From contig JBHJMP010000851.1 in NCBI GenBank assembly GCA_043381765.1, forward strand, positions 1 to 35,358: a DNA stretch of 35,358 nt, given 5' to 3'. Both the position numbers and the translations under genes were made by a program. Below the pieces are notes generated by a model. The model had not been told where the DNA came from. It saw nothing but the letters and a program-made list of their open reading frames with translations, and did no database searches. This document shows positions 28,492-35,358 of this stretch, one piece after another. The DNA is from Collodictyon triciliatum (lineage: Eukaryota). Positions within the stretch are counted from its first letter, which is position 1. Each line of letters opens with the position of its first letter.

Positions 28492-29351
28492 TCATTCACT
28501 CAAGACAGAGGCACATATTTGCTCCGCCTTTCTAGATGCATCCCTGTCCTGGGATTCTGCGTCTTGCTCCGCCTTTGCCATAAAGTAAGCATGTTTCCAC
28601 TGAACTGCCTCGGTTGTGAGCCCCAGATCAAACCGAATCCCAATGAGATAAGAGACTTCCATTCTATTCAGAAGCCCCAAATCCAACGAAGCCATTTTGG
28701 CGAACCTAAACACAACGAATTAGAATACCCAAGAAAAATACGTGTTGCTTTACAATTTAGCATGTATGTGATGTAAGAGTAGTCCGGCGTATGAATCATA
28801 CGTGGCGTTATCGTATGGAATATCCTCCATGAATTTGCAGGCAATCATAATTGATACAAGAAATATTGGAACGACGTTCATATGTGTCAGTGTAATCCCA
28901 GACCTCAGGATGAATCTCTCCATGTAGACAATACCACCAAATATGATTTCGTCGGATACAACCTATTGTATTGATAGAGCATGCATCATAGGATTAGTTT
29001 TTGCAAATGAATCTATTGCACGCAAGCAAATCGTGCATGATGTTTATAACGTTAGAGGTTATATATTTGTGCTTCTTTTCATTTAAACAACTCTACCCCA
29101 AATCTGCGTATGGTGTGAAGCAGTTCAGTTATGTTGTTCGTTCGAACACAATCAAAAATAGTGGACGGGTATGCCACTGGAACGGAGTGCGATACCAAAA
29201 GCCTAGCTATCGCTGAATGCAGAGAAAGCTGGATGTGTGTTTCTGCTGATATCCCCGACCCGGTGTCATCTGTCTGTGTGGTTCGCTGCCCGTGCCATTT
29301 CCCTCCGCCCAAGTCTACACAGCAAAGAATCATCTCGTCCCAGACACACAT
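28492..29351 (-). CDS. Cyclin, PHO80/CYCU (P/U-type)-like, 3 exons
   Basis: Exons 29351-29097, 28962-28802 and 28705-28492 give GIVYMERFILRSGITLTHMNVVPIFLVSIMIACKFMEDIPYDNATFAKMASLDLGLLNRMEVSYLIGIRFDL, a PHO80-type cyclin box. The start codon is uncertain. Confidence 0.88.
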
Positions 29352-30437
29352 TTGCTTCAAACCCACAGACCCTTCTGACTTTTGCGTAAGTGATGAAATT
29401 TAGTGTTTTTTGCAAAGTTTTCTTATTTCTTAAGAAAAAAAAAGAGTTCAGATTTATATCGGGGTATAAGGTTAGGAGCTGCACTCATTCATGTTCATTA
29501 AGCGCGGTGTGGAATTCTCTCGCACAATTTTCCTCCCTAATGCCACCATCAGCTGCTAAATTACGCACAAATGGAAAGGGTATTAAAGTCCGGTTGCCTC
29601 TGCTTTTATTGCCCTTCCAGATTGAAGTGTGATCACCTTTTAATCACACCAGGCGATATCACGGCTGCCGGGTTGTAATCAAAGGCCTTTTGATTATATA
29701 ATACGAATGAGACTCTCGCCAACATCACTTTTTCGGACGATGGAGCCAATAATCATACTCACATTCCCAAATTATAGCATGGCCATAGACAAAAAGCGTA
29801 AGGTGCTCTATGAAAAACCCAATTTTTTGACTCAAACATTCAAGATAAAGCAAGCGGTGATTCAAAAACGATGTGGATTTGGGTGAATTTTAGTAATTCA
29901 ATTGAATTTTTTTTTTATGTATTATTGACCGGTTGCTTATTTCTGAAAACACCCCGAATGTTATATTGTGAATTATAGAAGAAAATAAGGCTATAAAAAT
30001 GTGGTATTTGTGGCAATCATTTAAGGAATTCATAAATACAACATGTTTTCCCCACATAATTAAAAAAAACCGCCATAATTATTTATCACTGATATTATTC
30101 TTTGGGTGTTGTGATTGCGATTGCAATCATTTCAAATAAATATTCTTTTATTTTTTAGTATAAATCATTCAGGCCATATAGATGGCCTGTGTAAAACAAT
30201 TCGCTTTGAGCGATTTTAAACCCTACCATCTGCGAAAATTCAAAGTCTCGAGAGACCGCAGAACCAACAAATATTGAGAATGTTGGTATTCAAAGTTAGA
30301 TAGATATTGACCCGCTGGTGCAAGATATCAGGCAAAATGAACAGCCAATCAGAGGAAAAATTGAAGAAAAGACTGTTTATTTCTTTCATCAATAGTGCGT
30401 TTCATACGAGCAGAGTATCATACGGGAGTTAATCTTT

Positions 30438-31021
30438 TCAATTCTTTCCCTCAAATTCTCTGCCGATAGGGTTCCGTTGCTTGTACTGCTCCTTGCGCTC
30501 TGCGGGTGATGTGCATGTGTTGATGTGACAAGTGAGTGAACGAGCCATGAGACCGTATTAGTTGATGGTTCGAGATAAATGGCATTTTATATTCCTTCGT
30601 TTTGCTCAGGCGACTGCTTAGTGTTTTTCTTTTCTAACATTTGTCCATTTCATTTTGATTGCTTCTTGAAAATGTAATATGTTTGGGAATAGACTGCATA
30701 TATTAATGACTTTGTGTTGCGCTGATAAGCATACATTTCAAGTTTCCTTCATGTAATAAAATGCGTACATATAGTAAAAAAAGAAAATGAAAAAATGAAA
30801 AAAGAAAATGAAAAAAGAAAATGAAAAAAGAAAATGAAAAAAGAAAATGAAAAAAGAAAATGAAAAAAGAAAATGAAAAAAGAAAATGAAAAGGAAAAAG
30901 AAAAAAGAAACAGACCGTGAGCGTCCTTTTCATGTGCGTATGTCAACGAGGCAACCCCAGCCAGAGTAAAGACACTGCATGCCATAAGAACGAGATACGA
31001 AAGCTTGTCCCTAGGATGCAT
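30438..31021 (-). CDS. Small single-pass membrane protein (55 aa), possibly PET117-like
   Basis: Exon 31021-30916 (GT donor) joins exon 30499-30438 (cag acceptor) in frame: MHPRDKLSYLVLMACSVFTLAGVASLTYAHEKDAHERKEQYKQRNPIGREFEGKN*. An alternative second exon near 30720 is also open. Confidence 0.45.
30781..30892 (+). repeat. 13-mer minisatellite (AAAAAAGAAAATG)n
   Basis: About 8 units inside the intron of the small minus-strand gene. Confidence 0.9.
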
Positions 31022-31833
31022 TTCGAGTTGCTCTTTTTCCTCGTGCTTTGCGTCCTAGCCTTTTGAGCGGATCTGTAAGTACATATAAATGTTATCAGTA
31101 AAGAAAAGATATCACAGCTATCAATGCCCTGCAAGGCTTGACAGGCTCTGATCCAGAGAATCCGTGGTTGCATCAGCGTCGCAAAGACAAGAGGAGCTCT
31201 GAGTAAAACTGCCCAGCAAAGCCCAATGGGATACCCCACAGCACACATAAAAGAATGCATGTATAATATGTTCATAGCCCAAGGGAGTTGCGACCAGAAG
31301 GCTCGGGCAATACCAGCGCTAGTTCAAAGAGGATTATGTGCCTGCAGTGTGCCAGAGGCTTTCAAACTCCCGCAAAGCTTTATTACAGAATAAGTGAGCC
31401 TGTTCCTTGGGGGGCTTCACTGCGCGACGTTTTTTTTTTTTTTTCTTAAATGATAACCAAACGAACTGGCTGGCCTCACTTGAAAATAATATATGTGCGA
31501 GCATGTTTTGGTTCTTTCTTCCCCCTCATCAAAATGAATGCATCGATCTCACAGTACATCTTTAATAATGACACCCTCAGAAGAAACCGTAATTGAATGT
31601 TTTCTTTCATTTGTTTTGTTTCACTTTGTTTTTTTTTTTCTTCTTCAGCTTCTCAATGAAGCCATAGTGACTGGATGGCAGGATGTATGTGTAAGTGCCG
31701 TACTTGAAGATTTTATTCTTTGCATTTTTGAACTGTGATGGATGATTTCCATGAGAATCGTGTTAGATTCCGTCATCAAAACGTTGAATCGAATAAATGA
31801 GATGAAGAAGAAAGAGTATGTCCTTACAAAGTT

Positions 31834-34800
31834 TTAAGTCCAGGTCGAGAGCCACCTTCGAGCTTTCCTTTGCTCCTGTACCAATTCGTCACACATTTAA
31901 AGATTTAGTTGCCATGAACTTAGTTTGAATTTTTATGCATCCTTCTAAAATGCGTAAACGACATGTGTTGGGGTGTTTTTCTTTCTTTCTTTTTTACACA
32001 GGTTCTAAATCATTTTAATAATACATGAAATGGTTGATCTATAGAAGATAAGGTGGATTATATGTCTACTTACCAACGTTAATGGCCAAGCATATACATT
32101 TGGGGAGTGGTATGCAAATGTGGCGATGAAAATAAAAAGTATTATAGAAAATACTCTGAATCTCGTTCTTTTGTCCCTATGAATCACATAGTTTAGACAT
32201 CTCCGACTTGCAAATAGGCCTAGATTTTACTTGCGAGATGGGAACATGTACATACTTTGTCACAAAGGTGTCTAACGTGTGTCCCACAAGGAGGATAGAG
32301 AAATACAGAGAAGGCATGTAGTGATACAGAAAAGTAACTCTTGCAATCAGAATGAACGGAAGCCAATTAAGCATATGGCCTCCTACCAAAAGCGCCCCAA
32401 TTTTTATATATCGCTCCTCTTTTTCTTGCAGTTTATCCCGCCTGTTTAGGGGCATACAGGGCATGAAGAAAGATCATAGCAGAGGGAAAGAACATTTTAA
32501 CAAGTGAAGTGATATTCATCGAGAACCCATTTCATTCTGATGATATTACCTGTGAGGAATTCGAAAAAGGTAGAAGAAAAAGTACAACAAAGTAGCTGTA
32601 CAAGTCCACCAGACGAGAGGATTACCTTGTTTATTGATGACTGAGATTTTAGATACACTTCTGCAACAATTTGCTTTGTTGTTTTTTGGCATAATTTTCC
32701 CTTAAATACAAACTTACCAACTAGACTAAAAATGAAACAAAATCGATACCTAGGAGATAGATGGACCTCCGAGTATTAGGTGGGTCGTCATCCAGTTCGC
32801 CAACCCAAAAAGCCAGTCCTCGGAGCAGGAACGGCCACGACCACCAGGCTGATAATGATGGATAATACATGAAGAATGGGGAAAGAATGGATGAAAAAGA
32901 AGAGGAGATAACAATCCAAATAATTGCCATTAATTGAAAAAAGGACTATTAAGAATGAAAAAAAAAGTTAAACATCGTCATTCACTGATTATTTCAAAAT
33001 ATGGCACAAATAGGAAATGCATATTGGTTATGTAACTATTAGATGAGTTTAGAACAGAGCCCTAATCAGGGTTGCGCTTCGATGAAACGAGAGAATTAAA
33101 AAGGGTTCTATTGATAAAATATAAGTTCATTTACATGTCATCCAATTGTGGGGGTCTACTATGGACTTGTTGTTAATATATAATTTAATTTGTAGCTCGA
33201 TGATAGACTGCATTATGCTCAAAGGCTCGACATAGTCTAATATGAATCAAATGATCAGATTGTATATTAATGTCGATTTCTGAGAAGACTGAAGATATAT
33301 GCTGCGAACTCTGGTCGTTTTTTTTTAAAAAAAAATTCTTATTAGTTTTGCGGCAATTATACCTATGGTTATTTGTTCGTTTGAATGCTCTTTAATTAAA
33401 AAAAAAGTGCAGACTAGTAAAGGTAAAATAAAAAGAAAAAAGGCTCAAAGGTAATGGAAAGAGGAATAGCCACCTGGTTCTTCATTACCAACAAAGTTTT
33501 TTCGAAATTCAGGACTCATCCAAGCATCACCCATACCTATGATAAAAAAAAATAATTGAAAGTCGCTAATGTAGAGACAGGAAATGTCGGTATGACCAGT
33601 ATTAAATCAAATCAAGATATTATGGTATACCTGATTTCGGAAGAAAATACAGGTGAAGGACCCAAGAAAATATATATATTGCTATGGGAAGAATGAATAG
33701 CAACAAAAATCGAATAGACCAATTAAGTATTCTATCTTCTGTAGATTGGCTTTTCCATGTGCTCAGTAATCCGATAAATACATCCAAACCTGGAGGAGGA
33801 AAGAATGAGATATTATAACTATAGACTGCTGAAGATTATGGATATGGCATCCAGATAGAGAAGGTGTTTTCATTTGAAAACATACTTGACGATTTTATGT
33901 GACATTACCAATAATTGCCATCGTGGCCAAAGCCGTCCATTTGGAGCTTATACAGCAGCCGATGAATAATCCGCACAATCCCATATTAATTGACCAAGGG
34001 ATAGAAAATTCAACCATGTTTTTGGTTCGCACGTGGAAGTAGAAAGACAGCATCACAAATAACATCAATATTGCATCTGTGACAATTATCCTGGCCTCCA
34101 TTAACATACACATTTCTACTACGACAGTAATTCCGGTAAAAAAGCAGGCTATTTCTGACGCGTGCATTTCTTTCATTGTCAAATAAGAAACCGGGGCTTG
34201 AAGAGAGCCAAATAAAGCGGGCATCATTCGAAGGGGGATGTACCAATCACCATCATATTCGTAACTTTTGTAGAACTGGAAATGGCCATCATATCCACCC
34301 AGCCAGCCAGCATATCCCAGAATAAGTTTCGAAAGAGGTGGGTGGATATCGAAAAAGTGATGACCTTTGATATAGCAACCAGCAAAGAAGCCAAAATGAA
34401 CCTCATCGAATACAATCTATTTCGTAATGAGTATTATTAAGTATGGCAATAAGGATGGATTGTGGATTGTGGATTGTGGGTTGTGGATTGTGGATTGTGG
34501 ATTGTGGATTGTGGATTGTGGATTGTGGATTGTGGATTGTGGATTGTGGATTGTGGATTGTGGATTGTGGATTGTGGATTGTGGATTGCGGATTGTGGAT
34601 TGTGGATTGTGGATTGTGGATTACCTCAGGGGGGTACTCTAGCGACCAAAACCGTGTGAAGAAGCTCAAAGCAGTAATGATAAGAAGGTTTTGCTGAGTT
34701 TGAAGGAAGGTGATGAATGCACTTTGTTCTCTTGGGTCATGTTTCTTTCTTTTTGAGTCAGATTTCTTTGAGCTAAACAAATATTCGATCTCTTCGTCTT

Positions 34801-34975
34801 CGTTGGTTTCTTCAGAGTCCATATCGTTGTGAACATGATGTTTACTTAGAGATGCCACTGCCCGCGGTACGTGCATATCCAGAGAGTCAGCACTGCCGAA
34901 CTGATTCTCCGTAGAATCATTCATCGTAGCGTACGAACTCGTGTGGACGCGACGATTCAAATTCTCGCGGTTCAT
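31834..34975 (-). CDS. PMT: Dolichyl-phosphate-mannose-protein O-mannosyltransferase (GT39, PMT/POMT family) lacking MIR domains; 10-11 exons
   Basis: TRFWSLEYPPEIVFDEVHFG (catalytic DE), FFDIHPPLSKL, ARIIVTDAILMLF, GCCISSKWTA, HNWMTSWWSWP, IYLLGNPLVWW and NWLPFILIARVTFLYHYMPSLYF. The protein ends RRWLSTWT*, with the stop at 31836-31834. Confidence 0.95.
34457..34622 (+). repeat. 7-mer array (GGATTGT)n filling PMT intron 1
   Basis: About 23 near-perfect copies starting immediately at the splice donor (GTAATCC ACAATCC... on the minus strand). Confidence 0.96.
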
Positions 34976-35124
34976 CAACACTATGATTCTGTAACATGTT
35001 AGCTAGATTTTTTTCCTCTTCTTTCCTCTGTTGCTTTTTTGTTCCCTTTTTCTTCTTTTTTTAATGTTTTTTTAACATTTATCTTTATTGTATAACCTTT
35101 GAATCGAATAAAGGAAAAAATCTT

Positions 35125-35358
35125 TATCTTTATTTTGTTTTTGTTTTTTGTTTTTTGTTTTTTTATGTTTTTATGTTTTTTAATGTTTTTTTATGTTTTT
35201 ATGTTTTTTATGTTTTTGTGTTTTTTATGTTTTTTATGTTTTTTTAATGTTTTTTTATGTTTTTTTTATATTTTGTTTTATGTTTTGTTTTATGTTTTTT
35301 TTATGTTTTTTTTATGTTTTTTTTATGTTTTTTTTATGTTTTTTTTATGTTTTTTTAT
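35125..35358 (+). repeat. Degenerate (T5-8ATG)n low-complexity array
   Basis: T-rich imperfect tandem repeat running to the window end. Confidence 0.9.

Noticed and set aside
31190-31345. Fragments resembling a TPP riboswitch (CTTTGAAC...GGTATTGCC on -, GGCAATACCAGCG on +) or RNase P P4
   Set aside because: The essential CTGAGA and ACCTGA elements are absent or wrongly spaced, and the region is too short for RNase P/MRP.
34224-34415. Apparent frameshift in PMT exon 2 suggested by the ORF track
   Set aside because: Reading from the acceptor at 34416 is continuous (LGYAGWLGGYDGHFQF...PLRMMP); the listed ORF is simply off-frame.

Overview
Gene-dense, intron-rich eukaryotic (protist-like) genomic DNA in the standard genetic code, with an assembly gap at 10143-10858. 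I spliced 11 gene models by hand. In order they are: ELAV/Sxl-like two-RRM protein (-), long-chain acyl-CoA synthetase (+, 21 exons), C2orf81/DUF4639-like protein (-, spans the gap), 3-ketosteroid reductase HSD17B7/ERG27-like (-) head-to-head with methylsterol monooxygenase MSMO1/ERG25-like (+), MOB1-family protein (+), a ~1396-aa CH-TPR-pentapeptide-WD40-Sel1 mosaic (+), sepiapterin/benzil-reductase-like SDR (+), PHO80/CYCU-type cyclin (-), a 55-aa PET117-like microprotein (-) and a protein O-mannosyltransferase without MIR domains (-). The most notable points are a clear U12-type AT-AC minor intron (323-444), the divergent pair of sterol C4-demethylation genes sharing a GTGAT/ATCAC-rich intergenic region, and the NACHT-less NLR-like mosaic, whose 3.56-kb single exon holds a regular ~76-aa Sel1-containing repeat. 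All family calls come from recognising motifs by eye; no searches were run.
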